Shown one piece after another: positions 37,001 to 50,567 of a DNA stretch of 64,000 nt. The notes beneath the pieces are model-generated. The model saw only the letters and a program-made list of their open reading frames with translations, was not told the origin of the DNA and made no database searches. The DNA lies in assembly GCF_964355755.1 (NCBI RefSeq), contig NC_092674.1:1922001-1986000 (forward strand), given 5' to 3'. Each line of letters opens with the position of its first letter. Positions within the stretch are counted from its first letter, which is position 1. The DNA is from Antedon mediterranea. Lineage: Eukaryota > Animalia > Echinodermata. The position numbers and the translations under genes are program-made.

Positions 37001-37968
37001 AATCTCTAGGCATACCGCAATGATATTGATTACACATTTTCAAGATACATTTATACCTCCCTCACTACTATGGAAAACTCTGATAAATTGAGTTGAGTCA
37101 AGTACTTAAAGTGGTACTTTGAGTATGTGAAAGCAAACATGGCCAATGATATTGATTCTTGTATAGTATATTAAATCTGTTCATAGTTAGCACCAAAGTT
37201 GTACAATAACAGAATGCAGTGTATTAAATCATTAAGTTTATTACAAATGAGTATTTAAGTATTTAGTAGACAAACAAAATCTAACCTGACGTCTTTTCTG
37301 GAATCTTGCCTTCTGGAGGAATACTTAAGACCGGTTTTTTTAGAACACTTGAATTGTGTGTGAACAATGCTATCTTGTACGACACCTAAACAAAATTAAA
37401 ATTAAAAATTATTTTAATATATGATAATCAATCAATCAAAATGGCATTTATTTCGTTCATTCATAAACAAACATAAATAAAATTTCTTAAAATATACAAC
37501 ATGAAGGAAACACTGTTTTCAAAAAGCAGAACTTGTATACTTATATAGTGCCATTCCAACGCTTGTGGCGGTGTACACTTTAGAAGTGTCACGGCGTCAG
37601 TTCAGCAGCATCTTCTGTTCATGGCAGTGTATGATCTACAGTAATACAACAGGGTAACCCTACTCCTCTTCAAAGATGTTTTGTACTCTTTAAACTGCAA
37701 ATGAATACTCTTTGTACACTGGACTGGTTTATAGTCCTTGTTCTACCACCAACAATGGAGCGAGTGCGTCGCAACCCCTTGCCAAATGGATGGTCTTAAC
37801 CACTGTAAAAAACATGAAGTGAAAAGAGTTCATACGGTACCTGAGGAGTATCTGAGGATTCCCAGGTGAAATTGAGGCTGTTGATGTCAGCTGGTATACG
37901 CACACTAAACTGAAGAGCATAGTTATTCAATGTACTGTCACGCACATAGTACATCTCAGCATTTATAC
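16075..37968 (-). CDS. RYK: Tyrosine-protein kinase RYK/Derailed, 5'-partial; complement(join(16075..16186,16399..16535,18139..18298,19982..20091,20526..20728,20962..21180,22480..22583,22942..23092,23831..23872,26839..26967,37286..37385,37841..37968))
   Basis: Twelve exons splice in phase. WIF domain: GINAEMYYVRD..NYALQF..LNFTW, VSYKI..PEGKIP, FVVYLEC..LMQVNLT..TLNFKREKKC. TM helix VFYISVGVVCSFILLFVFFIAFFAL. RYK pseudokinase hallmarks: LEGTFG, VFIKTV, HKDLATRN, VTDNALARDLFPGDYHCLGDNENRPVKW, WSFGVTLWEL, NCPDEL, and C-terminal DFHRALGLFI. The signal-peptide exon was not found in the window. Confidence 0.95.
16893..17000. mobile_element. Tc1/mariner-type MITE
   Basis: TIR CAG(C/T)AGAATCCCC ... 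GGGGATTCTACTG with TA on both sides. Confidence 0.7.
17908..18101. mobile_element. MITE family A partial copy (to 18029) plus a second right-end fragment (18062-18101)
   Basis: Two right-TIR matches and internal 21-bp units. Confidence 0.8.
18461..18581. mobile_element. MITE family A copy, full length
   Basis: TIRs with TTA duplication on both sides. Confidence 0.9.
20150..20470. repeat. Minisatellite of TATCAAGATT-core units (12 and 21 bp)
   Basis: Many TATCAAGATTG/TATCAAGATTT units in the RYK intron between 20091 and 20526. Confidence 0.9.
21280..21465. mobile_element. Harbinger-like MITE
   Basis: About 30-bp imperfect TIR AGGGTCTTT(T/C)A(A/C)ACCTGT(A/T)C(C/T)GGCA(C/T)GGTTC with TTA duplication. 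Confidence 0.8.
22160..22258. repeat. About 48-bp direct tandem duplication
   Basis: ACTTTATGACTTACAGTATATGACCCTCCCCCCTCCCCC(C)ACATGAAT twice. Confidence 0.9.
22726..22906. mobile_element. MITE family A copy with three internal 21-bp units
   Basis: Left TIR clear, right TIR decayed, TTA flanks. Confidence 0.85.
24763..24881. mobile_element. MITE family A copy (partial)
   Basis: Internal units and right TIR; its TTA flank is shared with the element starting at 24885. Confidence 0.8.
24885..25774. mobile_element. Non-autonomous PIF/Harbinger element, 890 bp
   Basis: TIR GGG(C/T)CTGTTTCTGCTGA (16/17 match), TTA duplication, and many subterminal AA(T/C)CGATTA repeats at both ends. CpG-rich relative to its flanks. 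Confidence 0.85.
27745..27900. mobile_element. MITE family B partial copy
   Basis: CAACTCTCCCAATACCGGACA...TCTGGTTTTCTGGAAAGTCTGGTATT matches 54706-54894. Confidence 0.7.
31085..32058 (+). mobile_element. 5'-truncated non-LTR retrotransposon (CR1/L2-group): C-terminus of RT ORF2 (to 31559), 3'UTR and A-rich tail
   Basis: ORF YIRPLTEYACVVWHSSIT..EIERLQKRACKIILG..SY..AL..L..SL.ERR..T.RYKNS.IPY is typical of the post-RT region. AT-rich 3'UTR with an internal duplication ends AATAAATAAAATAAAAAA. Antisense to RYK. Confidence 0.85.
32390..33104. mobile_element. Non-autonomous PIF/Harbinger deletion derivative, 715 bp
   Basis: TIR GG(G/T)C(C/G)TGTTCGTA with TAA duplication (32387-32389 and 33105-33107). 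GC-rich interior with broken minus-strand ORFs. Confidence 0.75.
33151..33294. mobile_element. MITE family A copy, full length
   Basis: TIRs with TTA flanks. Confidence 0.88.
34250..34363. repeat. 21-bp tandem repeat, about 5 copies
   Basis: CATTTTCCGACTCGCAACTCG-like units. Confidence 0.9.
34500..34656. mobile_element. MITE family A copy
   Basis: Left TIR perfect, right TIR interrupted. Confidence 0.85.
35444..36148. mobile_element. hAT-like non-autonomous element with 5-bp TSD and a nested SINE
   Basis: TIR CAGG(G/C)CCGT(C/A)TGCA; CATAT directly repeated on both flanks. Confidence 0.7.
35780..36052 (+). mobile_element. Deu/Nin-domain SINE with (TAAAA)n tail, nested in a hAT-like element
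   Basis: GTCTTCTCGGATAAGGACTATAAACCGTAGGTCC...TTATTCGAAAAAGAGTAGGGGGTTACCCCGGTG; homologous to 7073-7326. Confidence 0.82.
37545..37806 (-). mobile_element. Diverged Deu/Nin-domain SINE
   Basis: Minus strand reads CTCGCTCC..TGGTGG..AACAAGGACTATAAACCAGTCCAGTGTACA...GAGTAGGGTTACCC, matching the other two copies. Confidence 0.6.
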
Positions 37969-38106
37969 CTGTTGAAAATTTTTAAAAAAACAATGTCATT
38001 AAGAAAGAAGAACATTATTAAAAATCGGAAGATATTCTCTGTATATTTTCTCAGTGGTCGTTGTCTGAACCTAGAATCCTTTAAAACTGTGTCAAGAATC
38101 TAGTAA

Positions 38107-38292
38107 AGGCTAATTTACACAGATGAGCAGCGGTAACGGTAATATATATATAGAATCTATGTTATTCCTTATGACCATTTACACACAACACGGAGCGGAC
38201 GGGGGGTTACTGCACAGGATAGATACATATTCAGTGGAACACGCTACACGTTTTTTCGCTAACCGTTACCGCTCGTCTGTGTAAATTGGCAT
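38107..38292. mobile_element. Harbinger-like MITE
   Basis: TIR GC(T/C)AATTTACACAGA(T/C)GAGC..GGTAACGGT with TAA/TTA flanks. Confidence 0.75.
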
Positions 38293-41200
38293 TTAGGAAG
38301 CACATTGTCCCACAATTTAACATGATGTTCCTAGGTTCTAAAACAAGTCAAATATTTATATTCATTTTATTTTTTTTTTTTAGTTTTATATTGATCATGT
38401 GTATAAGTAAACCTTATTAGATTATAAGTTAAAACCCAAGATACAGGTTGGAAGAAACAAACCCACTTTTGTCTACCACATTATGGTATATCTGCACAAA
38501 CATTATCATTTACAATTACAACAAGTAATAACATGTACTAATTTAAAACATCCCATTGTATGAAATTTGTGAAAACTATTCATAGAAAACCTTCAAGGTC
38601 ATTTAGTAATCAATACAACATAAAATAATTTTTCTATAATATTAAAATATGACTGATCACGGTATACCAACAACAGTATGCTGCTACGGTTATGAAAATT
38701 GACGCCAATAAAAATATAACTACGATATCTTTTACCAGACATCCCTTGCGATGCAGTTTATTCACAATAGAATATATATATAGAGTATGTCTGGCGCCAT
38801 TCGATATTCTTTAATACCCCATAAGCAAAATTCTGTTTTACGATCACAAATTGCTATATAAATTCATTTCATTATTTCTTGTCTTCTTCATATATTCCCA
38901 GGTTCAAACTCAAATGTTAATAGCAATATAGGATATATAGATACTTATACTATTTGTTTAAGAACACAGGATATATTAAGTTCACGCTAAAAAACAAGGA
39001 GAACATGACAGTTTGCCAGGTATCATTTTGTATACAAGATAGCATACAAAAAAGTAATAATGAACTAGATGAAGAAACACAAAGTAATATATAATACATG
39101 TCATATACAGTAAAGCTGAAGAACACATAGTATACAAAAAAAATAAAATTAAAGAAGTTGATACTTTGAAAGAAAACAAAATTGTTTTGGAAAAGTATAG
39201 TGTACTATTATGATATAAAATTAAGATTTCTTTTCTGAATATTGATTTTAATAGAACTATAGTCTATAATAATCACATTCTTTTTTCAACATTTTTGTTG
39301 AATATCCCATTTTAATGTCATGTAATAATATTTAAAGTCTGATTTTATTAATCTTTATTTTTTATGTTTTGGGGGACAATACATTTTTAAACAATCATAT
39401 AATTAATAATAACACAGAATAAATGGAAACTACCCTCTGGGTAAAAATACATAATAGGGTGAAAGCATACAAACGGAAAGAATCATTTAATACCATCTTC
39501 AGCTACATCTTCTTTTCGTTTCGTAAAACGCTTTGCAATGCCTAATAAAAAAAATCCCAGTGGACTTCTAAAAGGTATATGTCGTCGGCAGAAAATGTTA
39601 AAAGTCTCTTTGCTGTGTTCGTCGGAGAAATAATCTGTGTCAAACATGTCCCACGCCAACTAATAAAAACAAATCTTGTAAATAGTGGCAATCTTCTCAG
39701 AATGTCAGTGATATTTTTAGCTTATTTCTTTAGGCAAAAAAATTATAATTTAAATGTAAATTGCTAGTAGTACTCGCAGTACACTATTTTCTTTATAGTG
39801 CCTAATTACAATTTAACAACATCAAGCAAATATATAAAGACATTATATTTCAAAAACATCAATAATAAAAAGGATGGTATATCAAAAACGACAAATGAAA
39901 CTACTTTTTTTTCTCAATGTAATTAAACAAATAACAGAGGTAAAACAAATTTAATCTGATAGTTAATTAAAATTTTAAAAATCTAATTATTTTAACTTAT
40001 TTTAAGAGCCATTCTAATGTTTGATCACCTGACTGCTATAATGATGCATTCTGGGAACGTAGCTAGTAATGGAAATTGGCAAAAATCAGTAAAAGATAAT
40101 TTAAGACAACATCAGATGTAGTTCAATCGTTCAGGAAATCACTTAATATCTCTTTAATATTCTATTTCCAACATCAAATCCGCTTAAAGATGTACTGCCG
40201 TAGCTAAATGAATAGTATTAAAGACAAACATTTATAGTAATAGCAACATGTGCATTAAATAGATTGGATGAAGAAGGATGTCTATCGTACGGCATATCTA
40301 CAAAGGCCGCAAGAAAAAATATCTTAAATGGGCGTCGTCAGGATTTAGACATGGGGTTGAAATGGCAAACAAAGATTACGTTTGACTATGCGTCAACTTT
40401 TCTGTAAAACAAAAAAAAATTCTCAATATTTTATAATTTTTTTCAATTTGATATGCCTATACAGTATTTAGAATAGGGAGGGGAGATGGAGGGGAGATGA
40501 AGGGTGGAGAAAAAAGAGGAGAAACCTGAATAACCTCTAACCAATCAGTAAGTTTATCTGGTTTTTTTTTTAGAGCACTTGTACAAAAAAGCCAACAGAA
40601 AACTCCAATATGTCTGCAGATTGCAGATACAATCAATGACCTATTATCAAAAGCATGCCAAAGCCAATCGCAAAATCAATACTAGAATATACTCCTGTCT
40701 CCATCTGACTTTGACTCATGGCAAATGCTTACAAGTATCAAAACCATTTCAATTTCCAATGCTTTAATTAATTTTCAATTATTATAAAAGGTTACGCCAT
40801 CAAAGTTTATGTAATATAATAATAAACTTCTAATTATTTAACAAGGCTACATCATGTTATTGTATTTATAATGTAATTTACTAAACTGTATTAAAACATC
40901 AAAATTAATGAGAAATTTGGGCAGATGTTTTGCTTATACTCTGACATAATTTGTACTTTTAATTTGTTTCCAACTCAACATTTCAAAGATAGTTTGTTTT
41001 TTATTCCTTCTGTAAATATAACTCGTTTACTAATAGTTTTAATGTATTGTATTAATATTTTTTATGTTTTATATATTGTATGCGTTTTTAAGCATCAAAG
41101 GAAAACAAATTTCATGTTCGCCTTGTTGTGTTTATGACAATAAAGATTATCTTATTTTATACCAAGTACATTGCGAATACTCAGGTTAGATTTGAACCCA

Positions 41201-44200
41201 CGACTTCCAGATCACTAACCTGGCGTTCAATATCGTTTTGAATTGTAAATTAATTGCAATCACATACTAATGTGTGTAAACATAATATTCATGTAATTCC
41301 AGTATATTATGTATTTCAATTATGTTAAGGGAATCATGTATACAGTACAATGTGTTTTAATTATTTTTTATGCTAACCCTTTCTAATATATGCATTTTAA
41401 TTATCTTAGAATATACTATCATTTTGCACATTTTATTAACAACTACCGGCACTATATTAAACCATAAATTTAACGGCAGATACCTAGATGGCTGCATCTC
41501 ATATAACATATTAACCTATGTAATTACTCGGTTTAATTGAAGATGTAACCTCTTGTAAATCCAGTCCACGTAGGTCAAAGAAGCATCTAACATATCTTTT
41601 CATACAGTTTTGGTAATTACATTTACGGAAACCAAATCAAAATAAATTATTTATTCTCTCATAATTTTAATACTAAAATTTCTTTGATGCACAAGATGAT
41701 CTGGTTTTGATAGGTTTTTTTGAAATCAAAGAAATTGAATTTTGAAATTCTGAGGAAGAATTACTATACAATCCATTATCAGATATATAGAATATTGTAG
41801 TTTATCATTGTGTAGATATATATATGGTTTGAACACAACTTTAATGAGTTTAAATTTATTACAGCAAAAAAGCTTTTTACATGACAAACAGATCTATACA
41901 GTACAACAATCCAACAATATTGACTAGTGAAATAAAAATGTTGTTTCTGTATATTTAATACAAAGTATATTTTCTTTGACAAATGATTCAGTCCATTTTG
42001 CAAACTTTTAATTATTGAGATTTTCTCCGACAGGAATGCAACACTACCCTAAATTACATTACTGTATCAAATATTTTTCATGAAATACATATTAATATTT
42101 AATATCGATAAAATCTCAAATTCTCTGTTCCAACGTATTTAATTTGGTTATCTTGTTTGGAGACGCAACCCAGTAAATATTCCTGATACAGTGTTTCATT
42201 TAAGTTACAATCTTGGCTTGATCCTGGTTGATGTATCGAGAATCAATAGTGACAATCTCCAAGGAATAACTTCGGTTCTTCTTCACTTGGTAAATCTAAT
42301 TGATCAGATCCTAGCAGCTTTCCCAGACACACAATTATGTGGCTGTGTATTTGATGTTTTGTGAGGTTTAACACTCAGGAGATAGAAAATCTGATTAGTG
42401 CTGATTAATCAATTTTTCTTTGAACTCTGACCTCTAATTGGTTGCTATACAGCATTTTCCATTACATTAAGGGCATTTTGTTCAAGGCATCATTGATATA
42501 ACCTTAGAATAGATTCGGCCTATTTCTATGCAAGGATAGTTTCAAATATAGGCAGAAGGTTGCAGCCCAGATTTGCAAAATAAACAAGAAATATTTATTA
42601 CAAAAAATGCTGCTCAAGATAACTACTGTCTACATGCATCTCCATATTTATCAGATATTTATAGACTCTCTTTTCCTAGACGTGTTTTAATGTGTGCCCA
42701 GTCCAAGTGTCCAAATACCCATTTTTTTCAGCCGTAGTAAACAATAAGCTACTGCATAGTAACTGTTTCCTAATGCTTCCGTTCTTTTGATAACTGCGTA
42801 AAGGAGCGGCGCGAAAAATCCCCTATGAAGCTTTTATTCATTCATCATTTATCGAATGCCATATTTGCGTCATTTGTTGTCAATGCACGTTAGAAATAAA
42901 CCCTATACAGTACTCCAAGTATGGATAGGCAATGGATGTAATACACAAAGCAAACAAGTGTTGGCAGAAAAAAAAATCTAAAAAAAAAGTTTAAATAATC
43001 CGATAGTTATATCAAAGAATATTATATTATACACAATGTAATGGTAGAAACCCATTGATGCATTTTTCCGGCGTCTTTGTTAACATATCTCATAAATTAA
43101 AGCGTTTTCTTTTCACAATACTTGTTCTGTTGTCTACTTGAGATTCCTATGTGTCCTATTCACATCCTGACAAATCAAGCAATTTCACATCAAATAATAT
43201 CATGCTAAATATGAAATATGAGAAAGGTTGCAATGGTTGAAAACCACTTATAAACTTCTTCAAAAGCAACCTTATACATAAATCATGTGCAATAGACAAG
43301 GCTGTAATCTCTACTAATGCGTTAGACATTTTAGATTAATGAATCCCCGTTTGAAATAGGCTTATGTTTCTTTGATCTGAAATCAGAAACTTTTGTAAAT
43401 TTTTTTAAAAAACAACATTAAAAATAAATTCAAAGAAGACATTTTAAAGAACTGTACGTATGGTATGGTTTTATTATTCCAATACAGTATTGTTCTTTTT
43501 ATATTACACTCCTCTCTTTGGGAGACAGATGGCTATTATCGGTTTATCCATATAAGCTAGGCACAAACATATAACAAAATAGTTTCTGTGATTTGTGAAA
43601 TATGACAAGGAAAACAACACGTAGCCTGTGAACACAAGAGCTTTGGTTTCTATCTGTTATCATTAGCCAATACCGATATGATTAATGGCCCTGGCAGACA
43701 AAACTAGAAAACAGAACGAGAACGCAATACAAACAAAGTCGGCTCAATGGACCACATATTCACAATTAAAAGAAAAACAAAATTAAATTCCGTACTGAAA
43801 AGGTAAAGCAGATTGAAATCAATGCCTAGGGCTAACATTAGACCCTGCTATTGATGTTCAATTTTTGACTTGTTATTTGGGTAAGCAAGGGTGTTATTGT
43901 TGGGCAGGCCTTCCATTCGCACTACTGCTTCCAATAGAATTCAATCAAAAACGCATGAAAAAAATAACACTTCACTTCAATGATACTCCCCATGTACTTT
44001 TACTTCAATTCTTTTTCAACAGTAATGAACAACAAGTTTCTGAATGACCAGCTTGTAAAATGTGAGTGTAACAGATTAAAAGGTCCTAAATTACTCTAGG
44101 CTATGATTTTGTTAAATTACAACCTCTTGTTATTTTTAGTGTGTACTTTAACACAAGTCTGAAGACTTAATTTACCAATATTTTTTTTTTGCCATCTCTT

Positions 44201-44886
44201 TATAATTATCGAACCTATACAAATTCTACTATAGTGCACTTTGCTAAAATAGTTTGTGCCCTAAAGGCTACTAATGTCACATAATGAATTAAAATTCAAA
44301 CCTGCATACATATTTTAATGAATCTAAACCGTGTGGTCGGTTCATAGTAGTAACTCTCTACGCTGAAATTACAAACTACCATAGCAACCACAGTTTGCAG
44401 AACATTATTGCTATTATATTATACAAAATCTTCACCAGAATATTTTTCTATAAGGAAAATTTAATAACACAATATCAGAAATAATGTCATCATTGGATAC
44501 CTGTCAAACATTGCTGTCTTTATCATGTGTCATCCATAAGATAAACTACCTTCTTGTACATGATTCATTTGATTAATGCCGCTGTATTTGACACTTTGTT
44601 TAGGCACATTCTGATATTATTCATTGATTTTTATTATGGCCATGTTCAGAATTGAGCGTACACCCTCACTTGGGAGGCACACCTTCAAAATTGACTTCCT
44701 GAATATTTCATGGAAAATGATGAAGGTGGGTGCATTGACGTAAATGGCTATGATTTCTCACTGGCTTAAGGGGCCTGAGAAAACCAATGCAACCATCCAG
44801 CGTTGAAAGGCCCCTTTAAGAGGGAAAACTAAACAGCCTTTTCCCACTGTGTTGTGTGGGTGACATATTTTGGTACAGTACTGTAA

Positions 44887-45014
44887 AGCTCTGTCTACAC
44901 TATCAAACTTCATGTGAAGTGCCCAAAATATGGACACAATGATGTCATATCGCTACCATATTTGGGCACATTATACTTTTTTTTCACATAAAGTTTAATA
45001 GTGTAAACAGCGCT
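44887..45014. mobile_element. MITE family A copy, full length
   Basis: TIRs with TAA duplication on both sides. Confidence 0.88.
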
Positions 45015-46879
45015 TAAGACTAAATTTTGGAGTAGCTTTAGTATACTGAAGTATAGTCAGTACCGCAAAAAGACACAAAGAAGGTTAAATAGTTGTTAGA
45101 GCTACTGTATGAAAAATACCGTAGTAAAATACTATTCCCAACCATTACCTACAATACTGTAGGTGCGTATGTAACACTATGCGATGTACAGTTGCTGCTG
45201 TACACAAGTCTTGTTCTTGAATGTAAATCATGTTTGAATATGGAGTTCAGTGAATGTTGAGCAGATGTGCTAGTTTACAGTGAATGACCTCCCTGTTGAA
45301 TTTAGCCTTACAAATGAAGATTAACTACTGATACATCAAATACACAGGTTTGATGTTTAATGTTGTCATTACCTTTAATTTTGTCAGTACAGTATTTTTA
45401 AGAATTAAAGAGTAAAGGATAATTTGGCTTAAGTAGCAAAACATTTTTACAGAAAATTCAACCAACACCGCTCAAGAAGAAAGAGTTAGCAATTAGCAAG
45501 CAGCAGCAGAAATATAATATTTATGCAGCAAATTTGTATTTAAACGTAAAATATTTACAGATGTGAGGAATACAACTACCTGATCTTTTTTCAGGTGTTA
45601 CTAAGTATAGTAAAATCTAACAAATAAGCCCCACTCTTTGGTTTACAAATCTTGAAAATAAGCCCACCTAAAAGTCCTGAAAATAGAAGCCCATGGGCTT
45701 TTTTTAAAGGTTTAAAAAAAAAAAGGTTCGAAACTAGTCCTGCGTCTGAAGATTGTGGTACTCGACCTCATGAAACATCTGTGTAGTTCATACAAATATT
45801 AGTTTATATAGTTTACAAAAGCAGTACCTTAATCATTTTATATATCATTTCTCCTTCATGATTATAAAGTAGCTATATATTTTATATAACATATGTTTTC
45901 AACCAAAGAAATATTACAAAATTGAAAATTTATTTTTACTGCTGTAATAAAAAAAAATTGCAATTTTGCTTTTAGTAGATTGTTTATTATGACAATTTTG
46001 TCATTTGATAATTTTCAATATTTTACAGACAACTTTAAAAACAGATTTAAAAACAGATAGCTTGGAGGAAAAAACTACATTCACAAAGAGATATCACCGG
46101 TGATAAAGTAAATAATTAATGAACGAACACAGAGTAGATAAAGACGAAAATGGTTGTTTTGGGAGAAGCGGCTTTTTTTCATGTTTCCTCTGGCTACAGA
46201 TAGCCTTCCCTGAAGCTAGAATGAGCGATGTTGGATATCAAAGATGCATCTAATGGTACTTAAATTTGCACAATTCAAGTACACAAACACTATAGGGATT
46301 CGTGTATGATGTGATGCATATAAAGTATTTGAATAGTAAATTTGTAATGTAAAACAGAATACTGGTCGGTATAGCTATGCTCTGATAAAATTGAAATGTA
46401 TACTTTATCTGTCAATATGGCAATTTTTATTTTTACGGCTTACTCAAAAACAAGTAATCTCGTGAAGGTTTATTGTCTTAGTTTATCTTTGAAACAATAG
46501 ATAACATGATGATTACAAATGAATAATGTACATGCATCAGAAACGTGTTATTATTACGTCTAAAAAATGAGTAGAAACGAAAAAGAGGTAAATTTTTTTA
46601 TTTTTTTTTTATTCAATTGAAATCAACAGCAATAATTACCGCCACTAACGGGTTTGATACAAGCAAAGTCAATATGGGATGTTTGAATGTTAGGATATAT
46701 AAAAAAAAATAAATCAAACGTAATATTTATTGGAACCACATAATTTGATTCAATATACGTTACATACAAGTATATTGATGGTATGCATCATTTACTATGA
46801 TCAACTTGCTGCGGTTTATTTTATTCATAAATCAGTTACAGAATGTTGTCTTGAAATATGAGATCATTTTATTATCAAA

Positions 46880-47434
46880 TATGCATGCTATCATGTAGTG
46901 TCCAGCTTAGTGTAGTGGTCAATACTTGTATGCATGCTATCATGTAATATCTACAGTAGCTTAGTGTAGTGGTCAGTATTTTGTAAACATGTTATCATGT
47001 AATGTATAGCTTAGTGTAGTGGTCAGTATTTATGTATGCCATCATGCAATGTTCAGCTAATAGTATAGCGGTCAGTACTTGTATGCGTGCTATCATGTAA
47101 TGTCCAGCTTAGTATAGTGGTCAGTATTTTGTAAGAATGTTATCTTGTAATGCCCACCTTAGTGTACTGTACCAGTCAGTATTTATGTATGCCATCATGC
47201 AATGTCAAGCTTAGTGTAGCGGTCAGTACTTGTATGCATGCTATCATGTAATGTCCACCTTAGGTAGTGGTCAGTATTTTGTAAGCATGTTATCATGTAA
47301 TGCCCACCTTAGTGTACTGTACTGGTCAGTATTTATGTATGCTATCATGCAATGTCCAGCTTAGTGTAGCGGTCAGTACTTGTATACATGCTATCATGTA
47401 ATGTCCAGCTTATTATAGCGGTCAGTATTTTGTA
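46880..47434. repeat. About 50-bp minisatellite x11 with 3-unit (about 150 bp) higher-order structure
   Basis: Unit TGCTATCATGTAATGTCCAGCTTAGTGTAGTGGTCAGTA...; unit ends cycle ABCABCABCAB. Confidence 0.93.
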
Positions 47435-48176
47435 TAGGATTGGCTACTGTCCAACTCAACATTTTAAAGTGGTTTGCATCGGCACTATAAACGTACAGTG
47501 AATTTGCTTCTAGTCATTAGCCTTCACATTTTCAATTTTCAATCATTAATTTCAAACGCTTTACACAGTAAATCATGCATACCTTCTTTGCAATAGCTTC
47601 TCTAACACAGAACAAAGCGCATATAGAAGATGTTGTATAATAGCCTATTATGGCATCAAACTCACTAAGTATGTTTTGAATTGGAATTGGAAGATAAAGA
47701 AGCAATACTGTATTAAGTTGTACCAATTGCTTGGAAAAAAATGAATGAGAACTGAACAGAACAAAGATACAGCATAAGTCACATACATTAAACACATTTT
47801 CTTATTTTATTTTTTTAGCAGCAGGTCTTTGTGGGCAGCACTTGGCCTGAATGTCTCTTGTTGGGAACCCTTGCTGTTAGACCTACCAACGAGAATGTTA
47901 CAATCAAAGAACTGGATTACTGGAAATCCTCAATAAAGCCAATACTAAAGATGTTTTACATAATTCATTACAATGCAAAGATACATGAATTATTATACAC
48001 CACAGGGACCTAGAATACTAATAAAATATGGGTGACATCTGCTACATAAATATTAATTATGCATATTCAGCCTCATATATATTTATTGCGATTTAAAAAT
48101 TAATTTGATTGATGCACGACGAATTCCCTACAAAAGTTTTTGTTTTGTTTCATTGACCATTGATGATAATCATCAT

Positions 48177-48308
48177 AGCTCTGTCTACACTATCAAACCT
48201 TATGTGATATGCCCATATATGGACATGATGATGTCATATCACTAGCATATTTGGCACATCACACCTTTTTTTTTGTCAAACTAGTTTGGTGATAGTGTAG
48301 ACAGAGCT
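48177..48308. mobile_element. MITE family A copy, full length
   Basis: Both TIRs and an internal unit present. Confidence 0.88.
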
Positions 48309-49648
48309 TTACTTTGTATGTTTGGGGACCTCACAGAAGCTCATTAAAATCTTCAATATGGACCAAAATATTAATTAGCCGCTGTCGCTATCTGAATTTT
48401 ATTCTGCTCAGTTTCATTAAATTTAAAATATCTAGTTAATATAATAAGTAATAAACCATTTTAAAAAGCATCCTACTATAAATAATTAAAAGTAAAACAT
48501 TTTAAAATACTGCCAGATAATTTTCTATTTTTATAGAAATATTTTTTAATTATCAAATGGTGAATATAATCGTACATAATTATTATCAAATTAATGATGC
48601 ACCCTATGATTTAGCTTTAAAAGAATGATAACAAATGAACTTGGAAGAAGCAAGTCCCACAAACATCTGTTCAATAGTAACAAAATGCATGCATGCTATT
48701 TAATTCAAATGTTATTGTAAATTATCATTCACATATTATTACCAAAACACACTGACATTCCATCGTGAGCTGCAGCAGCTCTCTGCGGCATTTGGCTATA
48801 ACTACTACCAAGGCATTGGAATTATGAAATATTAACTGAAGAGGTAGTTGTATAAATCATCTATGTTAACTAGATGCTGCCAGGTCTACCCATGTATCAC
48901 CGTTTCACCCCATGTTTCCAATTTACCATTGCTAAGTAACAGTGGCATAAACCTGCTTAGTAGTACTAGATCATTCAAATTATCTAACCCAGTTGTGTTC
49001 ATTATTTTGATGTTTTTAGATCCAAGACACAATTTGATATCTCATACAAAAGGCATTTTTCTTAACTAATAATGCATTAATATATTATATATTAATAAAT
49101 TACTAGTGAAGAAAAATATGGAGTACAGTAGTAGTATTTTTTTTTTATCTCCATTGGAGCAAATATTTAAATAAGATTTTCACTACTTAAATAACCTATA
49201 TTTTAACCTATCTATCTGGACTTTGAAATTACGTTCTCCAAATTCAACACTTAATAGATAGACACTAGATTAGCATGTTGCAATCACTTGGTTTTTTCCA
49301 GTTTTTGACAGCTGTCCTATGATAAATTGATTAAAACAAGTTGTGAAACATAAAAGGTCTCACCTTTATCTAACAACAGTATTACTGAGAGGTCAATAAT
49401 ATTTGATGAGGTCACTAGAATGTATGTACCTTTTAAGTAGGGCTACTTGAGAATATGTAACCATGATATGTAAACTCAATATTGTGTTGAATGAATTTCA
49501 AACCATTTTTTCCTGTGTAAAAACATAGAATATGTAAACTGCAGCTCCCTCAAAGTTCACCATATGGTAGACGGTTTATGTTAAAATATTACGATTAAAC
49601 CAATGTGAACAATTTTATGATGGAAAAACTGGTCAACAGCAAGTCTAA

Positions 49649-49772
49649 AGCTCTGTCTACACTATCAAACTAGTTTGACAAAAAAATGTGATGTGCCCAA
49701 ATATGGTAGTGATATGCCTAAATATAGTAGTGATAAGTGATATGACATCATCGTGTCCATATATGGACACAC
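49649..49772. mobile_element. MITE family A copy (right end missing)
   Basis: Left TIR perfect and preceded by TAA. Confidence 0.85.
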
Positions 49773-50567
49773 AGACGGTTCTTTCGTTTAATTTCATAGA
49801 AGTAATCTATTCCTTAACTTATCATTTTTCTGATGTCATAATTTGATCTCTATAGGAAGCTTGTGTGGCTGATCACCTTATAGATGACTTAGGGATGCCT
49901 CCAAGCCGAATCATTAATTATCACCTGTCCTGTAAATTTTAATTAACATCTGATCTATCAAAGATATGGGTCAACTTAACATGTGATTAATTGGGTTGCT
50001 ATGGTAATAAATTGTTTAGTTTAATTGGTTTTTCTCCATGACAACTGACAAATTACTATTTCTAATGGGTTAAGGATTTTAAATAATATTAACTGGTAGT
50101 ATTTTAAGTAACTATTTCTACAAATAAACTACTTTAGTCTTTAATGTCTACCTACAACAGTATTTGAATCTTCCATCATTGAAATTAAAAATTACATTAT
50201 ACAAATCCTACATTATAGCAAAAAATCACAATGCCAGATGTTTATTATTAATATTAATGTAAAATATTACCAAATGTAACAGACAATGGTATGTTTTAAT
50301 AATTAAGTTCAATGGTTCAAATGACAATACACATATTGATTGCCTATAGCTTTCGTTTTCTATTGTGTTGTGTTTTATTTCTCAATCTTAATATATATAA
50401 TAACTCCTTCCTGTATTTATGAGAAATTTTCTTTAAATTGGCTATTTAGTTGTTGGAAAATACTAAAAATAGAAGCAAAAAGAACAACATGAATATAAAC
50501 CATTGTCATCACAGTTATACCCTGACTTCAATGAAAAAATCCATGTGATACTAAAGCATCCAACCAT

